This document shows, piece after piece, positions 43,401-54,667 of a stretch of 64,000 bases of DNA. A program made the translations under genes and the position numbers. The number at the start of each line of letters is the position of its first letter. Within the stretch, counting starts at the first letter, position 1. Origin of the DNA: Eukaryota sp. TZLM1-RC (taxonomy: Eukaryota > Protista > Metamonada: BaSk clade). Below the pieces are notes generated by a model. The model did not search any database. It worked only from the letters and a program-made list of their open reading frames with translations, and was not told where the DNA came from. The stretch lies in assembly GCA_040285825.1 (NCBI GenBank), contig JAUPSS010000007.1, positions 830,501 to 894,500 on the forward strand, written 5' to 3'.

Positions 43401-46400
43401 CAGAAATGCAATCTTTGAGTTCTCCGAAAGATTTGCAGATTGGGAAGATTTATTGATGACAACGCAAAGTTCCACTGTTTTTGCATTAAATGAAGAAATT
43501 TCAAGAATTGATGTAGAAAAATGGGGTCGATGTTTTCCCCAATCATTCAATGGCAATATTCCAGAAAAAAATGTTTTAAATTTGAAGTACACTCTTCGAA
43601 CATTACAGAAAAGATTGACTGGAATGTATGAAAAGATCTTTATAATAAAATTTGCAGCTCGGCTGTTTTATATCAAGATCTTCACTCATTGTTATTGGAA
43701 AAGGGTGTTTGTGAAAACAAGGTGTCAGATTCTTCACTTTTTGTAACCATTGTACCACGAAGATTTGGATTGTGTGCTACTAATGAAGCATTTGTAACAA
43801 AAATGAGATTATATTTGAACATCCCCATTAACCAATTATTATCAAAAGAAAAATGTATTTGTTCGAATTCACCTCAACTCACTTTGCACCATGCTCTAAA
43901 TTGCTCTAAATTGATAACTTATCGTTCTTCATTACATGATGCTGTCAGAGACACTGTTTTCAATATGGCACAAACTGCAAGGATATCGTGTATCAAAGAG
44001 CCCCTGCTGAAAGAAACACTTTCTCTGAATAATTTTGGTTCTGATGATAGAGGTGATGTATACTGTGATTGGACTGATAATTCTGAAGCTATTGTTGACT
44101 TTTTCTCATGTAATGTTGCAAACGATACTTTGGTTCACAGAAGAAAACTGAATCCTGTGGCTGCTCTGGATTTTAAAGCAAAAGAAAAACATAGAAAATA
44201 TGATAAAGAAATTGAAGATGCAAATGTCGATAGAAATACACAGCTGGTTTTTATTGCTTTCCCATTTTGGATAAATGGAAGATTATCAGTTGACGCAGAA
44301 ACTTTTTTGGATGACTTCCAAAAAATGGTGAAAGAAAAAACAATGAAAAGATTTGATATTTTTTTATGGCGTTCATGGATTCAATTTGCCATTATTAATA
44401 GATTACCGCGGTTTTTCAATCGAATTAGAGAAGCTTTAGCTAGACAGCAAGCAAATCAAGATTTTGTAGAGGAAATCTTGGTTTAATGATAGTCGTCCCA
44501 TTAGTTATGATTTAATTTAATCAAGTGTGCAAATTCAATAAATTAACTTACCCTTTCAATATGGTATAAATACTACAGATGGAGTCTCTTCAGCGATTTT
44601 TGCTACTGATGTCTTATTTCGTCAAAATGAATCCAATGTTTGCATGTCATTGGATTTTAGTAATGCTTTCAATTCGCTAAGTCGTCGCAGTATCCATGGT
44701 GCTCTATTGCAATATATGCCAGAATTAATACCATATTTTCAATCAACATATTGCACATATTCTAATTTACATTTTCGTAACAACATTTTGATTTCATGAA
44801 GTGGCGTAAAGCAAGGAGATCCGTTAGGACCTCTTTTGTTTTGTTTGGCCATTCATCCTATTCTACTGCAAATTCAAGAGATGTTTCCTTCACTAAAAAT
44901 GATTGCATATATGGATGATGTTGTGCTTATTGGTGATTTAAATATTGTAAAAAAAGCAACTGTATGTTTTAAAGAATTATTTACCAAAATTGGTCTCCGA
45001 CTTAATTTACTTAAATGTGTTTTGTTATCGAATTTTCCAGTTTCCACAATAATTGATGATATTGAAATTCAAGCCAAATTATATTCAATTGATGCTATTC
45101 GTCATTTGGGTTCGTTTTTAGGAAATAATGATGAAATTACCAAAAATTGTTTGAAAAGTTGAACTCAATTTCTGACAAAATTGACCGAATGATGAATTTA
45201 GATATAAAAAAACACATCAAATTTACCATTATAAGACTGTGTTTTAGTTCCAATTTTAATCATATATTTTGATCTACAAATCCTCCCGTCACTAGACCTT
45301 TGGCTCAAAAGTTTAATGAGTTACGTGCAAAAGTTCTGTCTCAAATACTTGGATGTAAAATGTTTCAAATTCCAGATCATGCTTACCTTAGTCCACAATA
45401 TGGTGGTTTAGGGTGGACGAAGGCTTCTATTCTTACCTCGTGTGCTTTTGTTGGTGGATGCAGAAATGCAATCTTTGAGTTCTCCGAAAGATTTGCAGAT
45501 TGGGAAGATTTATTGATGACAACGCAAAGTTCCACTGTTTTTGCATTAAATGAAGAAATTTCAAGAATTGATGTAGAAAAATGGGGTCGATGTTTTCCCC
45601 AATCATTCAATGGCAATATTCCAGAAAAAAATGTTTTAAATTTGAAGTACACTCTTCGAACATTACAGAAAAGATTGACTGGAATGTATGAAAAAGATCT
45701 TTATAATAAAATTTGCAGCTCGGCTGTTTTAAATCAAGATCTTCACTCATTGTTATTGGAAAAGGGTGTTTGTGAAAACAAGGTGTCAGATTCTTCACTT
45801 TTTGTAACCATTGTACCACGAAGATTTGGATTGTGTGCTACTAATGAAGCATTTGTAACAAAAATGAGATTATATTTGAACATCCCCATTAACCAATTAT
45901 TATCAAAAGAAAAATGTATTTGTTCGAATTCACCTCAACTCACTTTGCACCATGCTCTAAATTGCTCTAAATTGATAACTTATCGTTCTTCATTACATGA
46001 TGCTGTCAGAGACACTGTTTTCAATATGGCACAAACTGCAAGGATATCGTGTATCAAAGAGCCCCTGCTGAAAGAAACACTTTCTCTGAATAATTTTGGT
46101 TCTGATGATAGAGGTGATGTATACTGTGATTGGACTGATAATTCTGAAGCTATTGTTGACTTTTTCTCATGTAATGTTGCAAACGATACTTTGGTTCACA
46201 GAAGAAAACTGAATCCTGTGGCTGCTCTGGATTTTAAAGCAAAAGAAAAACATAGAAAATATGATAAAGAAATTGAAGATGCAAATGTCGATAGAAATAC
46301 ACAGCTGGTTTTTATTGCTTTCCCATTTTGGATAAATGGAAGATTATCAGTTGACGCAGAAACTTTTTTGGATGACTTCCAAAAAATGGTGAAAGAAAAA

Positions 46401-46604
46401 ACAATGAAAAGATTTGATATTTTTTTATGGCGTTCATGGATTCAATTTGCCATTATTAATAGATTACCGCGGTTTTTCAATCGAATTAGAGAAGCTTTAG
46501 CTAGACAGCAAGCAAATCAAGATTTTGTAGAGGAAATCTTGGTTTAATGATAGTCGTCCCATTAGTTATGATTTAATTTAATCAAGTGTGCAAATTCAAT
46601 AAAT
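40432..46604 (+). mobile_element. Nested and tandem array of family B non-LTR elements (2061-bp period)
   Basis: Three family B 3' ends (~42481, ~44542, ~46604). The 12-mer TTACCCTTTCAA occurs at 40757, 42487 and 44548. Units 42487-44547 and 44548-46604 are nearly identical. Confidence 0.92.
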
Positions 46605-46609
46605 ACGAT

Positions 46610-46915
46610 ATTTCAGATCTTCTTGATGAAGAGTTTTTGGATTTATGTCAACACCATCTAATTGGAAACAATGATGCTGACAAAAGTCTTTTATGGTCTT
46701 TTAACACCATTTACTTGTCAAATTGAGAATTTCGTCGCGCATGAAAGTCTGGTTGATATTATATTTCCAGTTGATGTACATTTTCTTGCAGATGCTGTTG
46801 AGAAAGATCCTCAGACACTCTTAAAACCAGCAATTACGATTGCTCAATATATTGCCAGTAGAGAAGGGAAATCTTATCACGTTACCCCTGCATCAACAAC
46901 TGTAGATCCAGAACC
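46610..46915 (+). pseudogene. Possible fragment of a second, diverged Fanzor
   Basis: LVDIIFP...DAVEKDPQTLLKPAITIAQYIASREGKSYHVTP aligns by eye to WLSIIFP...YTLEKYPLHFLKPSFQIIQYLEGIEAKLFNVIP at 5440-5620. Confidence 0.5.
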
Positions 46916-46921
46916 TCGTCT

Positions 46922-47498
46922 ATCAAAGAGCCTCTGCTGAAAGAAACACTGTCATTGAATAATTTTGGTTCTGATGATAAGGGTGATGTATACTGTGGTT
47001 GGATTAAGAACTCTGACGCTGTTGTTGATTTTGTCTCCTGTAATGTTGCAAATGACACTTTGGTTCACAGAAGAAAAATTAATATTGTAAGTGCTCTTGA
47101 AACAAAGAAAACAATGGCAAAGATGTCGAAGAAGCAAATGCTGATAGAAGCACACCATTTGTTTTTATTGCTTTTCCATTTGCCATAAACGGAGGACTAT
47201 CAGTAGAAGCAGGCAATTGGTTTGAACGATTTCCAAAAATTGGTTCAAGAAAAGACAATGAAGAGATTTGATATCTTTTTGTAGCGGTCACAAATTCAAT
47301 TTGCTATAGTTAATATATTGCCTCCGTTTTTTGGCTCGAATAAAATAACCAATGACAAACCATGCAGTGGTGGTTCAAACTTCTTGACGCAATGGCAAGA
47401 AAACAAGCAGATAAGCATTTTGTAGAGGAAATGTTGGATAATTGAATTTGGTTCCATTAGTTCTGATTTAATTTTATTCAGTGTTGTCATTCAATAAA
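46922..47498 (+). mobile_element. Decayed 3' fragment related to family B
   Basis: NNFGSDDKGDVYCGW..VDFVSCNVANDTLVHRRK and a 3' UTR ending TTCAATAAA. Confidence 0.8.
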
Positions 47499-48423
47499 CA
47501 ATTACATTGTGTACTTTCAGCTTCAGTGTTGAACAATAAATCATTGATTGAACAGCTTTGACATTAAATGCACTCGAAACAAAATCAAACAAAATTGTTT
47601 TTTACGTTTGAATAATAAATCTCTGTAATAAATCACGTAAACATGCAATATATAATTAATCAAAAAGACAAAAATAATAATTTTGATGAACTATAATGAA
47701 AAAGCTATCGAAAATGCTCATAGAAGAAGACAGCATGTTATCATTGTTTTCCTATTTTTTATGAATAGGATTCTAGCTTTGAAAACAGAACAATTGTTGA
47801 ATAAACTATTCAAAATGTAAAACAAAACAATGAAGAGTATGATATCTTTCAATGGCGTGTTCAGCTGGTAAAAGCGGATTACCTTTATGTTTACATTGTA
47901 TGAGACAAACTAGTTCAAATAAGCAAGCAGTTTTTGTAGAGTAAATCATGGTTCAATGTATTTCGTCCTGTTCGTGAGTTTTTTAATGTGAAAATAAAAA
48001 TTTAAATACTAGAAACGGTATTAAATGTCAAAGTTAAAAGCATTGAGTTGTACCACACCAACAAAGAGCACAACTTGTACCTCTTCCTTGCCAAAAAATA
48101 CTGTGGTTACAGTTATATAATCCTCAGTTTCAGTTCTCCCAGTCTCAGCAAGTATATTCTCAACTGATAGTCCATTTTGTTGCAGCAAGCCTCGTGGTTT
48201 TGGGATGTCAGAGTCTTGATTTTATCAAATGAAATCATCATTTTATAAAGATTTTGGAATCCAAGGTAAGTCTGCATTAATTTTATTGTCGAGTAATTGT
48301 AATTGGAGAATGACTTCTTGACCGAATAACTCAAATGAACACTCTTGACGTATTGTATTGAGTCTGCAAATTTCATCTTTACTCTGTTAAAGAGGGCTAT
48401 ATAGCATTCACTAGTGCGGAGTA

Positions 48424-48795
48424 CCGTGTTTGAGGAAAAAGTGGGAAGAAATACAACTGGGTGCAAATAAATATGGGATGTTCTGAAAAAAATCCCAATA
48501 TTGTTTCTCAACCTGTGAATTTCAACTCAAATAGATCTAACTTCCACACTCAATTGTTACAGTTCAGGAATATGTATTGTCAGGATGGAGAAAGCTGGTA
48601 GGAAATGTAACAGTAGCTCTTAACAAAAAAACCAGGAGTTTGACATTGAAATTAATTACTCAGTTTTTAATAAATAGTCAATCATATATTCTTATATTTT
48701 TAGATACCGAAAGAATGGCACCAATATAATTGGGATTTTTTCAAATAATCCCAAAAATCCCACCCATTTTCCACCCACTCTTTCCTCAAACACGG
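48424..48795. mobile_element. Putative MITE (372 bp) with terminal inverted repeats
   Basis: CCGTGTTTGAGGAAAAAGTGGG (48424-48445) vs CCCACTCTTTCCTCAAACACGG (48774-48795), 21/22 complementary. Inner imperfect GGGAT..ATCCC inverted blocks. TA on the left flank only. Confidence 0.7.
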
Positions 48796-48914
48796 GAAAA
48801 CGATTACAGAAAGGTTCTGGATCAGTGCAAGGTTATGTGAGTAACTAGGATATCAAAGTCGTCAAAAAAATTTCGAGTGGGAATCAGTTTTTTTGGCAAA
48901 AAGGTGGAAAGACA

Positions 48915-48986
48915 TCGCATATGGTGTAGTGGCTAGCATTAGTGTCTTTCACATACTAGACCCGGGTTCGATTCCCGGTATGCGAA
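48915..48986 (+). tRNA. tRNA-Glu (TTC)
   Basis: Acceptor TCGCATA/TATGCGA; anticodon arm AGTGT-CTTTCAC-ATACT; T arm CCGGG-TTCGATT-CCCGG; downstream T-run. Confidence 0.95.
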
Positions 48987-49402
48987 ATTTTGCTTTTGTC
49001 TATTTTATATTTGATTTTCGCATTAAATTATTCAGTTTCTATATTTAATAATTGATGTTGATCGGTTTCCACAATACTTAGAGAAGGATTTATTAAGTCT
49101 TTTCATCCTTTCCTCCTTTTCCTCCTATACAAACGTTCTGCAATCGAGACACTAATTCTGCACTAAATATTCATTTGTTGGCTGAAGACATTTTGGCTGG
49201 AAGAGAGAGAGAGCGAGAGGTGTTTAAGAGACAACAGTCTCAAACCAATATTATTAAACCCACTGATGACAGCCAGAGAGATGTTGATAAGGATTCTGAA
49301 GGTCATGGTAAACCAATGAGTCGGATTCAACAACCAATCCTCAATACATTATCACGAGTAGCGATTACGAAAGTTGAGAAACGATGTATGGTTTTGAAGT
49401 AA

Positions 49403-49648
49403 TTTTTTTTGAATGACTTCCAAAAAATGGTGCAAGAAAAAACAATGAAAAGATTTGATATTTTTATATGGCGCTCTGGGATTCAATTTGCCATCATTAA
49501 TAGATTACCTCGTTTTTTCGATCGAATTAGAGAAGCTTTAGCTAGACAGCAAACAGATCAAGATTTTGTAGAGGAAATTTTGGTTCAATGAATTTCGTCC
49601 TATTAGTTATGAGTTTATTGTGTTAAGTGTGCAAGTTCAATAAAAAAG
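49403..49648 (+). mobile_element. Short 5'-truncated family B copy
   Basis: DFQKMVQEKTMKRFDIF...DFVEEILVQ* plus 3' UTR ending TTCAATAAAAAA. Confidence 0.85.
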
Positions 49649-49753
49649 TTCAAGTAATTTAAAACTTTTCATCTGAAATAATTCTTTTACCACACTGACC
49701 TTGACACACCTCACCCCTCCATTAATCTCTTTGCTTTCGATAACACTGAAGAA

Positions 49754-50494
49754 ATGAAATTTGTCGCTCTCATCAGTGGAGGTAAAGACTCCATCTTCAA
49801 CATTGTCAAATGTATTGAATTAGGACATGAACTCTGTTGTGTAGCCTCTCTTGTTTCTGCTGATGCCGTGGAAGTCGACTCGTACACTTTTCAGACAGTT
49901 GGTGGCAATGTCCTCTCTGCTCTAGCTGACTGCATGGGGGTTCCCTTCATTAGCAAACCATTAATTGGTTCTTCTATAAACACAGAGATGAATTACACAA
50001 CTACAGGTGGAGATGAAGTAGAAGATCTTTTTCAACTGCTATCCACGGTCAAGGATCGCTACCCAGATGTTGAGGGTGTGTCTGCAGGTGCTTTGTTTTC
50101 CGAGTATCAACGTAATAGGGTTAATCATGTTTGTGCTAGGTTGGGTTTGAGTGGACTCTATCCAATATGGGGAACAAAGCAATCTTTATTGGTAGAATCC
50201 ATGATTAGCCATGGAATGGAAATAATGCTAATTAAAACAGCATCCATGGGTCTCAAACGCAAACATGTTGGACAATTACTTTCTGACGTTCTACCGCATC
50301 TTCTTCACTTGGAGGAGATGGGTGTCAATGTTGCCGGTGAAGGCGGAGAGTATGAGTCTCTTGTGCTGTACTGTCCAGGATTATTTAAAAAGAGGTTAGT
50401 TGTAGATAACTATGATGTCGTTGTGCATTCTGAGTGTGATTTTGCACCAGTTGTTTACTTGAAGGTGAATAGATTTCATGTTGAAGATGTTTAG
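49754..50494 (+). CDS. DPH6: Diphthine--ammonia ligase
   Basis: MKFVALISGGKDS PP-loop, DSYTFQTVG, DEVEDL, GALFSEYQRNRV, GEGGEYESLV. Confidence 0.95.
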   Translation: MKFVALISGGKDSIFNIVKCIELGHELCCVASLVSADAVEVDSYTFQTVGGNVLSALADCMGVPFISKPLIGSSINTEMNYTTTGGDEVEDLFQLLSTVKDRYPDVEGVSAGALFSEYQRNRVNHVCARLGLSGLYPIWGTKQSLLVESMISHGMEIMLIKTASMGLKRKHVGQLLSDVLPHLLHLEEMGVNVAGEGGEYESLVLYCPGLFKKRLVVDNYDVVVHSECDFAPVVYLKVNRFHVEDV

Positions 50495-50848
50495 AGTTGG
50501 TTTTGTTGGTATTGAGTTTGCTTTAGAGTTTTTAATTAATTTATTTTTGATTGAATTGATTTGGTTTGTGAATGATGTCTCACAGTTGTTTCTTTTCCAA
50601 AGTCATTAGGTTCAAACACAAACTTTAAATCCTCCTATGCTCTTATATGGTTGAGCTAATGATCATTTATAAACCTTTTTTCAAACCAATTGACACCTTT
50701 TCATATTTCATTACATTTTAAATGATAATAGAAAATTATAAAAATGACTTCTATTGACTTCTACAAGCTCTTTTTTTGTACTGAGGAGGAGGCGACTCAA
50801 CAATATATTGGAAACAGTTAAACAATAATTGCCTAATACCTTTATCTT

Positions 50849-53800
50849 TTTTTTATTTAAATTTAATTTTATTCTAAACCTATAAATCAACATCTAAAAA
50901 ATCCATCTCTCCCAAAACAAAAACACTAGATGCAACTCTCTCATAGTGAGATCCAAGAGAAAGCAAAGCATCAGAAACCATCTTCAACATCCCCTTAAAA
51001 ATAGAAAACACAATTCTATTTTGCCAAAACAATCTGTTGAAATTTCTGCCAGTTCTTCTCTTTACAATCATTTCAAAATCATCCAAAAAACGTAAAGCAG
51101 TTGGTGCAAGTGAACCAAAAAGGGAAAATACAAATGGATACAAATTGTATTTTGCATGCTGTAGACTGGCCAATTTGGACAAAGGTTCATTGTATTTTTT
51201 GAATTTAAAATTTTCAGCATTTGAAAGGGGATTATGAATTTCAGAATTAACAAGCCTTTCATTTGAGGCATTACAAGGATCAACAGACATTACATCCAAT
51301 AAAATGAAGCTTCCATCTAATCCAGGTAATATGACATCACCTCTATTATTCTTATGAAAATCATTTTCAGCATCAAACAGATTTGACAACAAAGGTTCCA
51401 AGAAGGATTCAATTCTATGAGATTTACACATACAATATAACTGGTCTCTTACAGCATCATGAACCTTGCTTCTAAAAGTAATAAAATGTTTACAATTTAA
51501 CAAATGAGTAGTTGTAATTTCTCGAGAACATTTACAAATTAAATTATGAGGTAAATTATCAGGCCAGATAAAGGAACGAAATCTCATATTCAGAGTCCAA
51601 GCAGAATCAGTTAAGAGAGTACCATAAACTTGGGGAATTGTTGTTACTAAGGCAGAAGAAGTACTGTCAAGCATATCTTGTAAAAGATTTGCAAAAGCGG
51701 GATTCGTTTTCTTGGCCAAGCCAAGTGTAACATCAAAGTCCAAGCTTTCAAAAATCTTTGACAATTTTTGTTGAAGCTTTTTACAGCAAAACTGTAAATT
51801 AAAAAGAGATCGGTTTGGAATTTCTTGAATTGATTGAGGAAAACATTTGGTCCAAATTTGTGGCGGTAATTTTTCAAGTTCACAAGATAACTCATACAAA
51901 TAGGGACTACAATTGGGGACTAACAGATGAGAATCATCAGGAAATCTACGAGAAAATTCATAAATAAAATTTTTGCCACCACCCAAGAATGCTGATTGAC
52001 ACAAAATTGAAGATTTAGTAAAACCAATACCACCCCAATTTGCTGAAGAAAATAAATGGCTTTTCAACATTCCTGGTTCTACATCCAATAAATCAGCAAA
52101 AAATTCTGTTCTCAATGAATTAAAAGAACGACAAAAATCTAATGCTATGGAAGGAGCACAAGATCTCAAAATGTGGGTTATTCTCCCACTGTAGCAAATT
52201 TTAAGCATGAAAAATTTAATATGCTTTTCTATATCTAAAGAAGAAATTGAATCAAGTTCAATTTTCATTTTTTCCAAAATAACTTGCAATTCATTCTGAA
52301 TTTGAGGCACATTTCCTAACCAACAACCAAGGAACTTAAAAGCATCACTACTATAATTAGTAAAAGGGACAATAGAATCGTTTATCACGAGGTCTTGAGC
52401 AGAAGAGCCAATCAGAAGGCATTTGCTGGCATTAAGATGAAGCCCAATATTTTCATATGAATCGGCAATTTCTTGAGCAACCAATTCTAGTAAATCAAAT
52501 GAACCAATCAAGGATATATCATCCATATAAGCAACTATTTTTATAGAAGGGTATTTTTGCTTAATGATATTTAAAGTTTTGTGAATAGCTAAACAAAACA
52601 ATAATGGGCCTAAAGGATCTCCCTGCTTCACTCCAGAAGATGATTTAAGACCAAATGAATTAAAAATTAAATCTGATTCTTTCCCATAAAAATGGTAGAA
52701 AAAACTCGATAGCTCAGGAAAATCAGATTTAATAACTTCAAAAATTGCTTCTCGCTTTACAGAATTAAAAGCATTTTTAAAGTCGAGATTAAAAATAAAA
52801 TTATTTTCCTCTGCATTAAAAAAGGTATCAGAGGCAATAGCAGCAACAGAAGCACCATCAATTGTTTTGATTCCAAATTGATGAGGATTTAAAGATGTAG
52901 AAGCAATGTCTTTGACACGATCGAAGACAATTGATGCCAGCAAACGAGAAAGAGTTTCACCAACAGCAATTGGGCGTATTCCATCAGGATAGATTCCGTT
53001 TCCAGGCTTTACTAAAGCAATCAGACGTGCTGCGAGTAATTCAAATGGAGGATTAATTTTCAAAACAATCAATTGTTGAAAATAATGGCCTAGATCATCA
53101 GCAATTTCGGGAACACTGGAACACGCTATTTTTAAGAGATCAAAAGAAATTCCAGATGGGCCTGCTGCTTTCCCCTTTGGTAATTTTTGAATAGCTTTAA
53201 GAACTTCAATTGCAGTAATAGGATTTTCAATCCAAAAAGGACACACATCAGGCTTGCTGCACTTGAAATTTTCTTGAGGATGCAACTTTTGAAGTTTTTC
53301 AAGGGTATCAGAGTTTGCATCAGCCAATGAAGAGGAAAACAAAGACTGCTTTGCGGCACCATAACGACCACGTAAGCACAATTTTCGGCAAATTTTTGAT
53401 TTTACAATTTTTCTATTTCCAAATTTTTTCTTAAAACAATTTTTGTTTTTTCGAGCAAAATATTTCCAGAAGGATGAAATATTCCACTTATTATTTTTCA
53501 ATTCAGAAGTAAAATTTCTCATTTCCATTGAGAAAGGGATTGTGCTGGCGGGACTTATTTCTACTGGGATCCGGATCAGGGGTCTTACGGTATCAACGGC
53601 TTTACAATTCGTACAAAACAGAAGTTTTCGACCATTTCTTGAATCTGCAACATCTTTTTTGCAAAATGGACAACAAAAATTACTGTTTTCAGAAGGGGAA
53701 GAAGAGGGAACACTAGAAGCATTTAATTGTTGATCGTCAGAAACATTATTTTCAGCACCTTTCACAACGGCAACAGCTGGAACAGAACATTCGAGAATTT

Positions 53801-54331
53801 GTTGAGCAGATTTTAAATCAAATTCTCTTTTTTGTTTTTCAGGGCACGTTCTCGAATTATGACCACTGATACCACAAATCGAACATTTTTTAGAACCTTT
53901 GAATGGCATTGGTTTCATTTTTTCAGTTCTTTCTATTTTGTCAATTTGCGAGTTAAAAGTAGAAATAGACTTTTGACTTTTTGCAGTTTCAGCTGGAGAA
54001 AACAAATTTCGAGAAACGGAGTTGTTAATAGAACGCGCAACAGAACGTAAGGAACGTAATGGTGGTTTTTGTGTGTTTTTTCTGGTACAATGATCAATTT
54101 TTGAATGAAAATTTTTTTGAGATGAATTTCGAGCATAGCTTGCATTGTGGGGAGAGTGGTTAAGTGAAAGAGATGAGCTTGTTCTGACTGGTAGAATCTT
54201 TGCTTGGGCGTTCCAATCAGTATCAGAGTCACTATCAGCCAAAGGCATCGTTTTGTCAAAGAAACAGTACGACTTTGACGCCTTGACAGAAAGTGAAATA
54301 TGAAAGGGTTGACTAAGGGAGGGAGAAAAAA
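50849..54331 (-). mobile_element. Full-length, intact family A RLE-type (CRE-like) non-LTR retrotransposon with 14-bp TSD
   Basis: TSD AATACCTTTATCTT at 50835-50848 and 54332-54345; single uninterrupted ORF; short A-tail; ~83-bp pyrimidine-rich 5' UTR. Confidence 0.95.
50880..54248 (-). CDS. 1122-aa single-ORF protein: CCHC knuckle, C4 Zn finger, RT, Zn finger, restriction-like endonuclease
   Basis: CSICGISGHNSRTC; CPFC-x14-CTNC; GKAAGPSG, RPIAVGE, LDFKNAFN, GVKQGDPLGP, YMDD; CKC..HLLNC; HDAVRD..E..RGD...D...K.KKY. Confidence 0.95.
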   Translation of the reverse strand: MPLADSDSDTDWNAQAKILPVRTSSSLSLNHSPHNASYARNSSQKNFHSKIDHCTRKNTQKPPLRSLRSVARSINNSVSRNLFSPAETAKSQKSISTFNSQIDKIERTEKMKPMPFKGSKKCSICGISGHNSRTCPEKQKREFDLKSAQQILECSVPAVAVVKGAENNVSDDQQLNASSVPSSSPSENSNFCCPFCKKDVADSRNGRKLLFCTNCKAVDTVRPLIRIPVEISPASTIPFSMEMRNFTSELKNNKWNISSFWKYFARKNKNCFKKKFGNRKIVKSKICRKLCLRGRYGAAKQSLFSSSLADANSDTLEKLQKLHPQENFKCSKPDVCPFWIENPITAIEVLKAIQKLPKGKAAGPSGISFDLLKIACSSVPEIADDLGHYFQQLIVLKINPPFELLAARLIALVKPGNGIYPDGIRPIAVGETLSRLLASIVFDRVKDIASTSLNPHQFGIKTIDGASVAAIASDTFFNAEENNFIFNLDFKNAFNSVKREAIFEVIKSDFPELSSFFYHFYGKESDLIFNSFGLKSSSGVKQGDPLGPLLFCLAIHKTLNIIKQKYPSIKIVAYMDDISLIGSFDLLELVAQEIADSYENIGLHLNASKCLLIGSSAQDLVINDSIVPFTNYSSDAFKFLGCWLGNVPQIQNELQVILEKMKIELDSISSLDIEKHIKFFMLKICYSGRITHILRSCAPSIALDFCRSFNSLRTEFFADLLDVEPGMLKSHLFSSANWGGIGFTKSSILCQSAFLGGGKNFIYEFSRRFPDDSHLLVPNCSPYLYELSCELEKLPPQIWTKCFPQSIQEIPNRSLFNLQFCCKKLQQKLSKIFESLDFDVTLGLAKKTNPAFANLLQDMLDSTSSALVTTIPQVYGTLLTDSAWTLNMRFRSFIWPDNLPHNLICKCSREITTTHLLNCKHFITFRSKVHDAVRDQLYCMCKSHRIESFLEPLLSNLFDAENDFHKNNRGDVILPGLDGSFILLDVMSVDPCNASNERLVNSEIHNPLSNAENFKFKKYNEPLSKLASLQHAKYNLYPFVFSLFGSLAPTALRFLDDFEMIVKRRTGRNFNRLFWQNRIVFSIFKGMLKMVSDALLSLGSHYERVASSVFVLGEMDFLDVDL

Positions 54332-54667
54332 AATACCTTTATCTTAACCCACCTTACACCAACACATCAACACATGTTACAGTAGAACTAATTGCTACCT
54401 GCATCATGGACTTTTGATCGAAAAGTAATTGAATGTTTACAGTTAAACAAATGATTTGGAGGAAATTTCTTTTGATAATTTTTTTATTAATTTTAATTTC
54501 ATTCAACACCTATAAATCAACATCTAATAACATCTAAAATCCATCTCACCCAAAACAAAAACACTAGATGCAACTCTCTCATAGTGAGATCCAAGAGAAA
54601 GCAAGGCATCAGAAACCATCTTCAACGTCCCCTTAAAAATAGAAAACACAATTCTATTTTGCCGAAA

